Shown here: piece by piece, positions 47,280 through 57,051 of the stretch
How positions within the stretch are numbered: position 1 is the first letter of the stretch
Layout of the letters: every line of letters starts with the position of its first letter
The notes under the pieces: generated by a model
Databases searched by the model: none
Told to the model about the DNA's origin: nothing
What the model saw: the letters and a program-made list of their open reading frames with translations, nothing else
Assembly (NCBI GenBank): GCA_963968165.1
Contig: CAXAFE010000002.1
Coordinates: 72,244-136,243 of the forward strand
DNA length: 64,000 bases
Source: an uncultured Candidatus Poseidoniales archaeon
GTDB taxonomy: Archaea; Thermoplasmatota; Poseidoniia; Poseidoniales; Thalassarchaeaceae
Direction: 5' to 3'
Made by a program: the position numbers and the translations under genes

Positions 47280-49457
47280 TTATTCGGACTGCGTTTGTAG
47301 ATAATACCAACCTAACATCTCACCAGTCTGTGCATTTATCCCTAATGATACTGTATTTTCTTTTCCTAGATTGCTCCATTGCCGGGTTGCTGTCATTGAT
47401 ACTTGGCCATCGATAAGATCGATTGGGATTATGCTTAATAATTCACTTTCTTCAGAAACAGATAGCCTGTAACCCAATTCAGTATTATAATTCCAGATAT
47501 TTTGTGAATTGGAAATAAGATCATGTAAATCTGGATATCTAGAACTATCCAATATCCTATTTTCCAGAAGTGAAATTGTTGGTGTATCTGGTATGGAATC
47601 TTTATTCCAATTTATTTCTCCTTGTGCATTATTTCCACTATTTAGAATGGTGCACTCTTCAGAGTTTATGCCGTTTAGGAGCAGCCAGCCGGATTTATCC
47701 TCTGGGTCAACCCATGAAATATTCCATTGAAAATCTGGAGAATCTTCAGAGTTTTTCCAATATGCCTGCCAAATATAGCCTCCATCAATAATTGCAATAG
47801 TCGCTTCTGAGTTAGAATGATTGTTAATTAAACAGTTTTTTGCATCTTCTAAATTAAAAGTTCTTATTTCTGATTCATCTGGCATCGAATCTATCCATTT
47901 TTTCTTATCTGAACTCCTAGGCCTATCATCAAAAGCATCGGGTTTAAGATATTCTTTTCCCCATTCTATTGGAGTGTCTCCGGTAACCGTCATATATTCC
48001 CCCATCGTTAATCTAATTGTTAGTTTACCATCAGGCAATATGGAATCAGCAGCGGAGCTTACTAAGAAATTACAGTCATTATTTTGAGTATTTTTATCTA
48101 TTAAAATGTCCACTTCTTGTCTAATAGGCCAGGGGCTGTTCTCTTTTACTTGGATTTCAATATTAGCATGACCAAAGCACTTTCCTATTTCAGAATGATA
48201 AATGTTTATTGTTCTTACAAGGCCATGATTAGCACTTTTAAATTCACTACCTACAGTCCAATGCCAATCAGAATTCCATGTTTCATCCTCAGTAGACTTA
48301 GTACCTTCAGATAATAATCTGTCTCCAAAGAAGGAATTTAGTTCTATAGGCTTCATTGGCAAAGTAAGTATCGGGAGTAGAATAGAAAGATCTCCGAATC
48401 CATCAAGTCCGTATGTCACTGATTGTAAGTTAGTTATTTTATTCTCTATATCAACAAAAGTCAAATCTGTTTTTGTACGTTTTAGTTCCTTAGTTTCTAG
48501 TTCCGTCCAAGAAGTTGTAGTCATATCCAATGAGTTGCCGGACATAGACCATCCAAGGTTGCCACATTCATCTATATCTCTCCAAGTTTTACCTTCAAAA
48601 TCAACATCTAATTTATGATCTAATTTTTTTTCTGCTGTGTAGAAACCTGACCTCCCTAAAGTATCTGTAGATATTTTTTCTTCATTTGAAACTGATACAT
48701 AGCCGATTCCTGTCATACTAATCTCTAATTCGCCACATGCATCTTCTAACACATTACCTGAAGCATCACGAAAAATCTTAACCATATCATCTCCCATAAC
48801 TGTAATTCTAGCTTCTTCGACATTAAAATTCATTTTATCACCGTAATTTAATTCCTTCGGAGTAAAGTTATTATCGTTATCTAAAACGAAAAATACAGTA
48901 CCGCCCACTAATAATAATACAGCAAAAACTGCTCCTAATATTTTTTTATTTAATTTTAAATTTTTAAATGATGGTATGGTTATAACATTAGGAGACGTAT
49001 CTAAAATATTTTTTGTTATTTTTTGTTTGGTTGGATTTGAGATGATAACATCATTATCAACTTCTTCATCTACAATTATTTCTGCTACAAAAACGTTAGA
49101 TTCTTCTTCATTAAACTGAATATCTATTGATTCTATGTCATCTTCATTTATATCTTCCGAGAGAGTTAAAGATTTTTCTAATTTTTTTGTAATTAATTTA
49201 TCTATTTTTGAATTAATATCATCTTTTTCAGAAGAAATTATTTCATCATCATCTTCATCATCATAAAGGATGATTTCATCTACCTTTACATTTGAATATT
49301 CTAAATCCTTTTTTAGTTCTACAGAAATTCTTTCTACCAGTACTGACTTCTTTCCGGAGACATGTAATTTGAGATTATTACAAATCTCTCTTAATTCCGC
49401 AACGGACATCTTTGGCAATAAAACGAGGTCTATTGCAGATTGTTCATCTTCGGCCAT
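47280..49457 (-). CDS. SAP-domain single-pass membrane protein
   Basis: LPKMSVAELREICNNLKLHVSGKKSVLVERI (SAP), acidic linker, TM ILGAVFAVLLLVGGTVFFV, large Cys-containing outer domain; start 49457 preferred over 49511. Confidence 0.8.
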   Translation of the reverse strand: MAEDEQSAIDLVLLPKMSVAELREICNNLKLHVSGKKSVLVERISVELKKDLEYSNVKVDEIILYDDEDDDEIISSEKDDINSKIDKLITKKLEKSLTLSEDINEDDIESIDIQFNEEESNVFVAEIIVDEEVDNDVIISNPTKQKITKNILDTSPNVITIPSFKNLKLNKKILGAVFAVLLLVGGTVFFVLDNDNNFTPKELNYGDKMNFNVEEARITVMGDDMVKIFRDASGNVLEDACGELEISMTGIGYVSVSNEEKISTDTLGRSGFYTAEKKLDHKLDVDFEGKTWRDIDECGNLGWSMSGNSLDMTTTSWTELETKELKRTKTDLTFVDIENKITNLQSVTYGLDGFGDLSILLPILTLPMKPIELNSFFGDRLLSEGTKSTEDETWNSDWHWTVGSEFKSANHGLVRTINIYHSEIGKCFGHANIEIQVKENSPWPIRQEVDILIDKNTQNNDCNFLVSSAADSILPDGKLTIRLTMGEYMTVTGDTPIEWGKEYLKPDAFDDRPRSSDKKKWIDSMPDESEIRTFNLEDAKNCLINNHSNSEATIAIIDGGYIWQAYWKNSEDSPDFQWNISWVDPEDKSGWLLLNGINSEECTILNSGNNAQGEINWNKDSIPDTPTISLLENRILDSSRYPDLHDLISNSQNIWNYNTELGYRLSVSEESELLSIIPIDLIDGQVSMTATRQWSNLGKENTVSLGINAQTGEMLGWYYLQTQSE

Positions 49458-49584
49458 TCTAATTGTGAGCCATAAGTAATGTTTTTCAATCCCTTTGCTC
49501 CAAAGTATCAAAGCAGGCGTACTAATGTAGTATTAACAAAATTTCTAGCAAAGAACTCAAGAAGGAGTTTTTGATGCGAAAACT

Positions 49585-50535
49585 ATGAGGCCGCGACTTG
49601 TGATACTTTCAAGAGGTCCGGAATTGTATAGTACCAAGCGATTATTTGAAGAAACAGAAAATGCTGGTTGGGATGTTAAAATAATTGATCCATTGACTTT
49701 GACAGTTGTCGTAGATGAAGAAGGGGGTAAGGTATTTCATAGAGGATGGCCTGTTGAGTGCGAGGCAGTAATTCCAAGAATTGGTTACTCGATTACCAGA
49801 CGGGGTGTTGCAATAGTGCGTCAATTTGAAAGGAAAGGAATTATAGTCCTAAATAAGAGTAATGGGATTGTAAGTAGTAGGGATAAATTACTTGCGTGTC
49901 AGATGATGTCAGATAACAAAGTTCCAGTACCTATTACTGCTCATGTTGGTTCTTGGAAAGATACTACTAGAGCCGTTAGTAGAGTTGGGGGGACTCCTTG
50001 TGTGATTAAGTCTACAGAAGGAACACATGGTTATGGAGTGTTTCTAGCAAAGTCTGATCAGCAAGCAAGGCAGTTGGTATACCAGATGTTAGAAAGAAAT
50101 ATGAGGCCTTTGGTCCAAGAATACATCAAAGAATCTCATGGACAAGATGTACGAGTACTTGTTGTTGGAGGTGAAGTTATTGCCACGATGAAACGTAAAG
50201 CTCATGGGACAGAATTCCGATCGAATTTTCACTTGGGAGGCTCGGTAGAAGTTTTTGAAATATCTGATGAACAAAAAAGGATTGCGTGCCTAGCAGCCAA
50301 AACTATGAATCTTGATATAGCAGGTGTTGATATGCTATTATCAAATAGAGGTCCTTTGATACTAGAAGTGAATTCGAGCCCTGGATTAGAGGGGATTGAG
50401 GCCTCAACTGGAGTCAATATAGCAGAAAAAGTAGCAAATTATCTTAATTTTAGATATAATATAGAATCAGAAAATAATATTACTGATTCTGAAAATTTAA
50501 TATCTTTAGATAAAGATAAAGTCATTAGTGAATAA
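49585..50535 (+). CDS. rimK: RimK-family ATP-grasp alpha-L-glutamate ligase
   Basis: LYSTKRL, AVIPRIG, SRDKL, VQEYIKE, EFRSNFHLGG, EVNSSPGLEGIE. Confidence 0.92.
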   Translation: MRPRLVILSRGPELYSTKRLFEETENAGWDVKIIDPLTLTVVVDEEGGKVFHRGWPVECEAVIPRIGYSITRRGVAIVRQFERKGIIVLNKSNGIVSSRDKLLACQMMSDNKVPVPITAHVGSWKDTTRAVSRVGGTPCVIKSTEGTHGYGVFLAKSDQQARQLVYQMLERNMRPLVQEYIKESHGQDVRVLVVGGEVIATMKRKAHGTEFRSNFHLGGSVEVFEISDEQKRIACLAAKTMNLDIAGVDMLLSNRGPLILEVNSSPGLEGIEASTGVNIAEKVANYLNFRYNIESENNITDSENLISLDKDKVISE

Positions 50536-50643
50536 TATGGCTATATTGAAAAGGTTTGGAAAACATATTTTCTCCATTAAATCTAGAGAAGCATTCAATA
50601 GACCTTTGGCATACTGAAAATTTGTTCAATAGAACAGGGATGC

Positions 50644-51777
50644 ATGCGCCACAGATGGCGGGGGGGCGAAATAGTGAAAGAGCAGAGTGCTAAATTTTCA
50701 AATAATGAGAGTATAAATCTCCTGACTGAAGATGTTGGTTTTATTAATTCGTCAGCTCTAATGCCAGCTAGATTAAATAGAATTTCAAATTTATCATGGT
50801 TTGAATGCTGGTTACAAAAATTAAGAACAGAAAAGAAGAGCGAGCATACAATTAGATCATACATAGTAGGAGTAAAAACATTCTCAATTACATCTTTACC
50901 TAATGAAAAAAATAGAACTTGGGACGAAATGCAGATTTTTACAGTAAAAAGATTTTATTCATTTAGTAACCCTGATAACGGACGAATTGATGCTTGGTTG
51001 AATAGTATATCAAAGTTGAAACCTTCAACAATAAATGCTAGATTAGCGTCTTTATCTCATTTATTGAAATGGTTAGGCTACATGGTTCCAGAGTGGATTC
51101 AACGGCCATCGAGAAATAGATCTTTACCTAAAACATTGGGGAAAAGGGAACTAAAAAAGGTTATGATAGCAGCAAATCAATCTGAAGATTGTTTGGCATT
51201 GCCAATCGTAACGGTAATGCTAGATACTGGATTGAGAGTATCGGAATTGTGTGGATTAGATCTTGATGATGTTGATTTTGAAGATTTATCGGCACTAGTA
51301 ATTGGGGGTAAAGGAGAAAAGGATAGGACAGTTTTATTCACAAATGCAACTGTTAAAGCTATTTCTGCATGGGACCCAATGAGGAAATTTAGATTAAAAA
51401 AATGTAAGCAAGATAGAGATGAGCGTGCTTTATTTCTATCCAGTAGAGGCAATAGGATGAATCCAAGATCTGTACAGAAAATAATAGATAAATTAGCTGT
51501 TTCTGCAGATATTCCCAAGAGTAGGTTGAGCCCACACACATTGAGGCATACATTTGCCACTGGCCTGTTAGAGAGAGGTGCAGATTTAGTGACAATTCAG
51601 AGGCTTTTGGGGCATGCAAGTATAGCAACTACACGTGTTTATCTTGAAATTGGAGATCAAACTTTACGTGAGATTTACCACAGAGCACAAAAACAAATGC
51701 CAAATTATGAAAAGCATGACCTAGAAGAAGAAATTGAAGAGGCGCGAAAGGTTAGTATAATAACAACTAGAGAATAA
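50644..51777 (+). CDS. xerA: XerA/XerC-like tyrosine recombinase
   Basis: DTGLRVSEL, GKGEKDR, PHTLRHTFAT, LLGHASIATTRVY; exact start uncertain (see findings). Confidence 0.9.
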   Translation: MRHRWRGGEIVKEQSAKFSNNESINLLTEDVGFINSSALMPARLNRISNLSWFECWLQKLRTEKKSEHTIRSYIVGVKTFSITSLPNEKNRTWDEMQIFTVKRFYSFSNPDNGRIDAWLNSISKLKPSTINARLASLSHLLKWLGYMVPEWIQRPSRNRSLPKTLGKRELKKVMIAANQSEDCLALPIVTVMLDTGLRVSELCGLDLDDVDFEDLSALVIGGKGEKDRTVLFTNATVKAISAWDPMRKFRLKKCKQDRDERALFLSSRGNRMNPRSVQKIIDKLAVSADIPKSRLSPHTLRHTFATGLLERGADLVTIQRLLGHASIATTRVYLEIGDQTLREIYHRAQKQMPNYEKHDLEEEIEEARKVSIITTRE

Positions 51778-51832
51778 TATTTTTTGAACTTTTATACGCA
51801 ACCTTCAATCAAACAAACCTCTACAGTGTTGT

Positions 51833-52591
51833 ATGGAAGAACCTTATATCGGACTTGATGATTCTTTATCCATGGGCCAAGGGGTATCGATTTTATATGC
51901 TCAGGTTATGCAAGGTAAACCAAAAATGAGTGTTGATGTAAATGGCTTCCTACAGATATCCAATAGATATGATAAGAAAAAAGGAATTTACCTTGGGGAT
52001 GTGGCAAAGTCCGTATTATACTCTGTTGGATCTCACGAACAACCATCAATCATCAATGATTCAAATTGGGATGAGCAGGTTTGGGAATTAATTTGTAATA
52101 CGAATGACTTAAAGATCAAAATAAGCAGTGCCCATTACTGGGGTTTTGGACTTTTTAATAGGTGTTTTTACAATAAAATAGAGATAAAAGGGCCATTGTC
52201 TGTACGTGCGAGGTGTGCGCATGATATTGTTGCAAGTCTGGGGAGAAATCCTTGGGAACCTGTTAGATTAAAATCTTTTGAAAATATTACAAAAATAATG
52301 ATTAATGAGCATATAGAAACATGGAATGAATTAATAAAAATAGCCAAAGATGAAATGAATGAAAATATTCTAAGATTAGAAGATGCAGTAAGAGTTTTGA
52401 GAGGAGTTAATGAAGATTCAATTGAATATATTATGTCTGCAGATATTGCCTTAGAAGAAGCAAGAACTGCTTTAGCTGATAGGAATTCGACTGCAGTGGA
52501 ACGGGCATTGAGCAGGGCAAGTAAAGCAATAATTATGGCTGATCCGAAAACAGATATGCAATCTACTGATATTTTATTTGAAGATGATTAG
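51833..52591 (+). CDS. hypothetical protein
   Basis: 252-aa ORF, helical C-terminus, TTCAA at -29. Confidence 0.7.
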   Translation: MEEPYIGLDDSLSMGQGVSILYAQVMQGKPKMSVDVNGFLQISNRYDKKKGIYLGDVAKSVLYSVGSHEQPSIINDSNWDEQVWELICNTNDLKIKISSAHYWGFGLFNRCFYNKIEIKGPLSVRARCAHDIVASLGRNPWEPVRLKSFENITKIMINEHIETWNELIKIAKDEMNENILRLEDAVRVLRGVNEDSIEYIMSADIALEEARTALADRNSTAVERALSRASKAIIMADPKTDMQSTDILFEDD

Positions 52592-52779
52592 AGGCCTAAT
52601 GCACCATACATCCAGGACCAAACACCATGTTGTGCTAAATAAATAACCACTGAAAATGATATACAAGCAAAATAGATAGTTCCTTTTGAAATTTGTATAG
52701 CATCTTCGCTTTCTTCATCGAAATAACGAATTAAACCAGCTGCTTGCTGGATTCCACTACCCTTCTTCTCCTTTGCCAT
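52588..52779 (-). CDS. secG: preprotein translocase subunit Sec61beta
   Basis: AAGLIRYFDEE followed by one TM helix. Confidence 0.9.
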   Translation of the reverse strand: MAKEKKGSGIQQAAGLIRYFDEESEDAIQISKGTIYFACISFSVVIYLAQHGVWSWMYGALGL

Positions 52780-52844
52780 TGTTCACCGCACCCATATACA
52801 CTATTTCAAGCCGACGAGCCTTTTAAATCTAATAAAAGTTGTAT

Positions 52845-53231
52845 TTAGGCTTCTAAAGATTCAATTAAAACACATCCGCCATCAAGTTCAACAATCATAG
52901 AAGCTGCATCCATTGCATTATCCATACTTGAAGTCATCAGGATTTCACGTCTATTGCCATTTGATGTCTGAAAAACTAATCTATGACTTAAATTCTCAAG
53001 AACTTCACGATTAACAGTTTGCCATATCCACTCATCATTTTCAACCGTTACTAAAGCTTCAATAGGAACTAGGGGGCCTTGATTTACAGAATTATTCCTA
53101 GCCCTATCAACTAATTCAATTAATTTCTTAGTTGCTCCAAAAATATCTGTTCGTACTGGTTCTTCTTTATTTTTTGCTATTCGCCTACTCAATCTCATGG
53201 TATCCATCCCCCTTGCGAAACTAGTCCGCAA
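52845..53231 (-). CDS. hypothetical protein
   Basis: Fills the intergenic space co-directionally with Sec61beta; start may be 53207. Confidence 0.6.
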   Translation of the reverse strand: MRTSFARGMDTMRLSRRIAKNKEEPVRTDIFGATKKLIELVDRARNNSVNQGPLVPIEALVTVENDEWIWQTVNREVLENLSHRLVFQTSNGNRREILMTSSMDNAMDAASMIVELDGGCVLIESLEA

Positions 53232-53355
53232 GCCCTGAGCAGTTCTTCAATGGTATAATCGTTTACAAAATTGACTAAGGATTATATCAAAAATCAGATG
53301 GTTACAATATTTCGGAATACGTGTATTTCTTTCGTGATGACCTATCCCGCGGGTT

Positions 53356-54999
53356 ATGGCGAGCAAGTCTGATTACTGGTATGGGCTTGGTGAAAATAGT
53401 GTTCTACTCAATGCGGTAAGAAACTGGAGAGAAGATTCGGATACATGGCTTGAGAGTTCTGTCGATAGACTGCCTGAAACAGTTAGAGTTAATCCTCTTA
53501 GAAATGATGTACCTTGGGTTGAGGGGTGGCTAGAAGATATTGGAGGCGAAAGATTGGACTGGTTCGAAGGAGTTGGTAGCGCATGGAAACTTCCGTTCGA
53601 TAGGGGAAAAATCGAAGGTGAGCAAAGAATTATTTTATCCTCATTGCATGAAACTGGAAGGTTAACGAGGCAAGAGGCAGTGTCAATGATTCCAGCAATT
53701 GTTCTCGAAGCTAAGCCTGGAGAAATTATTCTAGATATGTGTGCCTCACCAGGATCTAAAACTACACAAATATCAGAGAATTTGAATAATGAAGGAGTTG
53801 TGATAGCAAATGAAATTGCAAGTTCAAGAATTAATACACTAGTATCAAATTCGCAAAGACATGGAACTCGCACTTGCATGATAGTTAATCATGATGGTCG
53901 ACATTTTCCAAAAATTCCAGGAGAAGGTTTTGATAGAGTACTTGTTGATGCTCCCTGTACTGGCTCAGGTACTACCCGAAAAAATCCAGAGGTTTGGAAG
54001 AAATGGTTACCTTCTGGAGGTAGGTCGCTTCATAAATTACAAATTGATTTATTGAGTAAAGCAATAGATATTACAAAACCGGGTGGAAGAATAGTATATT
54101 CCACATGTTCTCTTGATCCTGTGGAAAATGAAGCCGTTATAGCAGAAGTAATGAGAAAATTCCCCATAAAGATTATTGATGGATCAGAATTGATAAAAAA
54201 GTTACCATGTGATAGAGGATTTAGAGATTGGAAATTATTAGATGATAATGGTAATATTACGACTAAGATAGATGTTCCAAATTCTATTCGACCCCCAACA
54301 GAGGAGAACATAATTAAATCCATGGATAATTGTATGAGAATATGGAATGACAAAATTGATGGAGGTGGATTCTTTATTGCGGTCCTAGAAAAAATAACTG
54401 ATAATGAAATAAGTGAACCTCGGAGAGTAGTTCTTGATAATCAAAAAAGTGATGATAGTAATAATCTTCCAACGCCCATAAATAATGATTTAAAATTAAA
54501 ATTAATTAATAAATATGGCAGTTATCCTGATAACTTATGGATAAGAGGTAAGAAGATTCTATGGGCAACGAAGGAGACAGAATATATTTGGGAGCATCAA
54601 AAAAGTAGGAAATCTGGGAGAATAACAATTCCTGGAAGAAGATGGAAGCCGATTAAAGTGATTCATTTGGGTCTTGATACCATAAAATTGAGGAATGGAG
54701 AGATTGATAGGATTATCGGAAAGGCAGCAGAACAAATTATTCCCAGTTTGAAATCAGGATATGTGAATTCTAAATCAGAATTAATTGATAGATTATTATC
54801 AGGGGAGCAACCGTTACCAACTGAGATTTATGAAATGGATGAGAGTCATCGTGGAAGTTTAATATTGATAGATAAAAAACATAATTCATGTATACCAGTT
54901 TGGATTGGGGCCAGGGTGAGTTTAATGATTAATGAATCAGAAAGGATTGTGATGCGAGCCAAGCGTGGATTAAAGCTAGTAATTGATGAAGAAGAGTGA
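53356..54999 (+). CDS. RsmB/NOP2/NSUN-family RNA m5C methyltransferase
   Basis: RQEAVSMIP, LDMCASPGSKT, DAPCTGSG, YSTCSL..ENE, GFFIA. Confidence 0.93.
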   Translation: MASKSDYWYGLGENSVLLNAVRNWREDSDTWLESSVDRLPETVRVNPLRNDVPWVEGWLEDIGGERLDWFEGVGSAWKLPFDRGKIEGEQRIILSSLHETGRLTRQEAVSMIPAIVLEAKPGEIILDMCASPGSKTTQISENLNNEGVVIANEIASSRINTLVSNSQRHGTRTCMIVNHDGRHFPKIPGEGFDRVLVDAPCTGSGTTRKNPEVWKKWLPSGGRSLHKLQIDLLSKAIDITKPGGRIVYSTCSLDPVENEAVIAEVMRKFPIKIIDGSELIKKLPCDRGFRDWKLLDDNGNITTKIDVPNSIRPPTEENIIKSMDNCMRIWNDKIDGGGFFIAVLEKITDNEISEPRRVVLDNQKSDDSNNLPTPINNDLKLKLINKYGSYPDNLWIRGKKILWATKETEYIWEHQKSRKSGRITIPGRRWKPIKVIHLGLDTIKLRNGEIDRIIGKAAEQIIPSLKSGYVNSKSELIDRLLSGEQPLPTEIYEMDESHRGSLILIDKKHNSCIPVWIGARVSLMINESERIVMRAKRGLKLVIDEEE

Positions 55000-55076
55000 A
55001 TAAATTTAATCAATTGAACTAAAAAATAAGATACAAATTGGCATATGTTCAATAACATGAGTTTGGAGTACCCACT

Positions 55077-55544
55077 ATGACCAAAGCGAAAATTGATGAT
55101 ATTGATTATAAAATCATACAAGTACTATGTGAAGATGCAAGAACATCATTAAGAAAAATATCTGAAAGAATTGGTGTATCTCTAGGGGCTGTAAGTAATA
55201 GAGTGAAGAAATTGGAGCAAAGCGGAGTAATTCAAGGATATAGCGTACTACTTAATCCTGAAAAAATTGGATGGGAGTTGAATGTAGTAATTGGTTTAAG
55301 AATACAAAAAGGAAGATTAATAGAAATTCAGGAGAAGATTGCCAAAGATAATAGGATATATGGAGCATATGATGTGACTGGAGACTTTGATTCGATGATA
55401 TTGGCTAGAGCCAAAGATAGAGAAGATTTAGATAAATTATCAAAAAATGTATTATCCATCGAAGGAGTAGAAAGATCCGTGACTCATCTTGTTTTGAACA
55501 CTGTGAAGGAAGTACCAAGCTCGTTACCAAATTATGAGTTATAA
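55077..55544 (+). CDS. Lrp/AsnC transcriptional regulator
   Basis: IDDIDYKII..DAR..RVKKLEQSGVIQGY, DVTGDFD. Confidence 0.93.
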   Translation: MTKAKIDDIDYKIIQVLCEDARTSLRKISERIGVSLGAVSNRVKKLEQSGVIQGYSVLLNPEKIGWELNVVIGLRIQKGRLIEIQEKIAKDNRIYGAYDVTGDFDSMILARAKDREDLDKLSKNVLSIEGVERSVTHLVLNTVKEVPSSLPNYEL

Positions 55545-56024
55545 AAAATCATCTTTATCAAGAAGAAGAACTAAATTAGAAAATGATGATAAGGATTCCA
55601 CAGTTATAATTTCTGGTTTGATTAACTTGGATAGTTTGCTATGCATTTCTTCATCTATGGTGACATCCATAGACATCATTCTATCACGAAAAAACTCTTG
55701 TATTTGGTAACCGGTTTTATCCCAGTCCATTAATACGATTATTGGTGATTTACCATCTATTGAATTAGTTTTTCCATATGATTCATAGAGATGGGCAATT
55801 ATCCTAGAACGACTATGGCCTCTATTCAATTTTTCAATTATTCCTGTAAAACCCAATACCCGTAAAGCTTTTTCATCCCGTATTCCTTCAACGAGAATTG
55901 GGCAAAAGGAACCCCCTTCGGTTGCGGGTTTATTTCTTAATCGGGATTTTATAATAATTTTTGATGCCTTTTCAAATCTTAGTGACTGATTTCCTAAATT
56001 TACATATTTTGGATTCTTAGCCAT
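55539..56024 (-). CDS. stand-alone Toprim-domain protein
   Basis: ILVEGIRDEKAL, VLMDWDKTG. Confidence 0.8.
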   Translation of the reverse strand: MAKNPKYVNLGNQSLRFEKASKIIIKSRLRNKPATEGGSFCPILVEGIRDEKALRVLGFTGIIEKLNRGHSRSRIIAHLYESYGKTNSIDGKSPIIVLMDWDKTGYQIQEFFRDRMMSMDVTIDEEMHSKLSKLIKPEIITVESLSSFSNLVLLLDKDDFL

Positions 56025-56275
56025 ATCTTATCCTCTGACTTTTTCTTTTTTGAAGTCCAAGCCTATCTTTTTTTAAATTATGTTTTTATATTTTTATAAT
56101 AATCATTAGATTTTTTTACTATTTTATAAAATATCGATGATTTAAAATTTATTATTTCATCAAAATATAGAATAATATTTAGATACATAATGAATTAAGA
56201 TTTTAATATAATTAAGAATGTTATTACGCGGGATTTATGAATAACTTTCACACCGCAAGTACAGGGATTGGGGCT

Positions 56276-57043
56276 ATGGTAGAGAGTATCTTGTTTTACG
56301 AACTATGGAATGAATATATTTCATGGTCTCTTTTAGTGGGAATTTTTACTTTTGGGTGGTTATTTCATCACTCTTTTTGGTATACCTCGAAAGAAGATTT
56401 AAATGATTGGGAAAATCCAGATAAAATTGAAGTCGGAGTATTTCCAAAACATAATGATGATATGACATTAGAGGTAGCTTGGACCGTATTGCCATTCATG
56501 TTAATTATCTATCTAACGTACATATCTTGGGCACCATTAGACGCAGTATGGACATCTGAAAATGGTGGTAATCATGGCTTTGAATGCACAGATGGTCAGA
56601 CTTCAAATAATAGAATTGATCTTGATACAGGAATTGTTACATCCGATTGTTACCATGTTTTAGAAATAACAGCTAAACAATGGGTATGGAGTTTTGATTG
56701 CAATCCAAATGATGATCGATGGACAGGCGATACAATACCCAATAGAGGATATGAATTGGGTACAAACATATGTGACGTGGGGACAATATCAATTGAAGGA
56801 TACGGTATGCAACCTCTTTTATCATTAAAATCGGGTGAAACATATCTTGCAGTAATGCAATCTGAAGATGTTACTCATGCGCCATGGGTTCAAATTTTAG
56901 GTGTAAAAGAAGATGTTTTGCCAAGTCAAGAAACTACTCTGTGGCTACCAATGACAGGAGTTAGTGAATCTATGATATTATGTACTGAATATTGTGGAGA
57001 TGCACATTCTGTCATGTCAGCAGGAGTATCTGTACATAATTAA
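56276..57043 (+). CDS. coxB: cytochrome c oxidase subunit II (CuA)
   Basis: LEVAWTVLP, AKQWVW, SEDVTH, CTEYCGDAHSVM; ORF opens at 56237. Confidence 0.92.
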   Translation: MVESILFYELWNEYISWSLLVGIFTFGWLFHHSFWYTSKEDLNDWENPDKIEVGVFPKHNDDMTLEVAWTVLPFMLIIYLTYISWAPLDAVWTSENGGNHGFECTDGQTSNNRIDLDTGIVTSDCYHVLEITAKQWVWSFDCNPNDDRWTGDTIPNRGYELGTNICDVGTISIEGYGMQPLLSLKSGETYLAVMQSEDVTHAPWVQILGVKEDVLPSQETTLWLPMTGVSESMILCTEYCGDAHSVMSAGVSVHN

Positions 57044-57051
57044 TAGGAGTC

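Noticed and set aside
50440..50560. dif-like half-site TTTAGATATAA near xerA
   Set aside because: No matching TTA-starting second arm at 6-bp spacing; lies in rimK coding sequence
50644..51777. Tyrosine recombinase as the integrase of a mobile element
   Set aside because: Xer-like motifs, housekeeping neighbours, and no att duplication or cargo seen
56040..56236. Very AT-rich gap as a replication origin
   Set aside because: No ORB repeats or cdc6 nearby; explained as a divergent promoter region
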